A stretch of 18,764 bases of DNA. Source: Candidatus Bathyarchaeia archaeon (GTDB lineage: Archaea > Thermoproteota > Bathyarchaeia > Bathyarchaeales > Bathycorpusculaceae). Position 1 is the stretch's first letter, and each line of letters starts with the position of its first letter. Positions 17,524-18,764 of this stretch are shown here, in pieces. The stretch spans positions 1 through 18,764 of the forward strand of contig JBBFKZ010000026.1 of assembly GCA_037481775.1 (NCBI GenBank), written 5' to 3'. The position numbers were made by a program, and so were the translations under genes. The notes below the pieces were generated by a model. That model did no database searches, was not told the DNA's origin, and worked only from the letters and a program-made list of their open reading frames with translations.

Positions 17524-18764
17524 TTATGCGTGGATCCCAGCGGCGCCTAAAATTTTCTCCATTGCTGCGAGGGGATGTTTAGAATTTTTGAGATTAACCC
17601 TAAGCCTGAGAAGAGGTTTGTCAGATTTTTTATGTCGCTTGAGGTTATGGCGCCGATGAGCGGCGCTAAGCTCAGATACGCCAGTATGAAGGCGACGCCG
17701 CCTATGGCGAGTTCTATCCAGTCTGCGAATGCAGTAAGGCTTATTGCGAGGAAAGCTACGGCGGCGGCTATGGCTGCGGCAGCGAGGATCTTAAGTGAAG
17801 CGGCGAGGTTGATTTTGGCGTTATAGTTTTTCCAAACCCAATGCAATCCGATAAATATGGCTGGAGCCCTAGAAGCTATGCTTCCTATTATTAGTCCGAC
17901 TATTCCGTATGTGGGAATTAGCAGGAAGGCTAAGGGTATGCCGAATGCGAGTGTTATGAGGCTTAGTTTCATTTGGATTTTTGTTTCGTCGATGCCTGTG
18001 AGGAAGCTGCCTATGCTGAGGTTGCCGATGAGGGCGTGGAGGTTGCCGATTACGTATAGGGTTAGTAAGTATGGTGCGGTGGCCCATTTCTCTCCGAAGA
18101 TGGTGCTTATCATCGGCTGTGAGAGCGCCATCATTGCGGTTGTTATTGGAACTAAAACTATTGTGGTGTATTTAACTGAGGATTCGAAAACGGTTTGCAG
18201 TAGTTCGCTTTCTTCATGCGGGTTTATTTTTGAGAATGCGGAGAAGAGCACTGTTGAGATTGGGGTTGTGATGAATGTTAGTATGGTGGCGAATTGGGTT
18301 GCGACTTGGTAGTTTCCGATTGCGGCGTCTGTGCAGTAGATTACCATCAGGAAGGAGTAGAATTATAGTAGAAAGCCGCTTATGATGCCTGCTATTGAGA
18401 GGGGAAACCGTAGTTCAGCATGGCTTTCAGGGTTTGAATGACGCTTGTTTTTTGTGTGTTGTTTGGCTTCAGTTTGCGGGTTATTTTTAGGTAGAGCAGT
18501 AGAAGGCTGATTGCGGCTGCGGCTGCGAAGGCTATGGTGTAGCCGATGGTTGCGCCTAGGGCGCTTAATCCCAGAAACACGAGCAGCGGTGAAGCAACGG
18601 TTTTTACGGCGGCTTGAAGGATGTTGGTTATACTTGTTAGCGCCATTCGCTCGAAGCCGGTGAAGCACGCTTGCGCCGCAGTTAGCAGTGCGCCTGTGAG
18701 TATGGTGGTGGAGGCTATGGCGATGAGCGGTGCTGATTCGGGTCTGTTGAAGATGGCAGTGGAG
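17524..18764 (-). pseudogene. oligosaccharide/polysaccharide flippase (Wzx/RfbX, MOP superfamily), 5' end outside the window, apparently disrupted
   Basis: Continuous multi-TM sequence (FNRPESAPLI...FTGFERM...MLNYGFP|LSIAGIISGFLL*FYSFLMVIY...IGNYQVA...LLIPTYGIVG) broken by a frameshift at G4 18401-04, a TAA at 18363-65 and a probable frameshift at G4 17571-74. Confidence 0.85.

Overview
Archaeal window, most consistent with a TACK-lineage organism such as Bathyarchaeia; this is inferred from an unsplit RpoB, a tRNA intron with a BHB motif and the gene families present. The left part is housekeeping: rpoB and the 5' part of rpoA1 on the minus strand, with no rpoH visible upstream. Next come a large glycosylated membrane-anchored protein, an intron-containing tRNA-Leu(CAA) and a VapBC toxin-antitoxin pair. 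The right half is a cell-surface locus. It holds a multidomain exosortase/archaeosortase (zinc ribbon, EpsI-like domain, C-terminal wHTH-like domain) beside two secreted proteins that share a VIPE[LV]PLGTV-TM-basic sorting tail. One of them has the motifs of a Cys-Gln thioester (TED) adhesin; the other was missed by the ORF track because of an in-frame TAG. The locus also has two paralogous TasA/CalY-like small secreted proteins (one bracketed by a 59-bp hairpin direct repeat), a GT2 glycosyltransferase and a disrupted polysaccharide flippase. All family assignments come from motif recognition by eye; no database searches were run.
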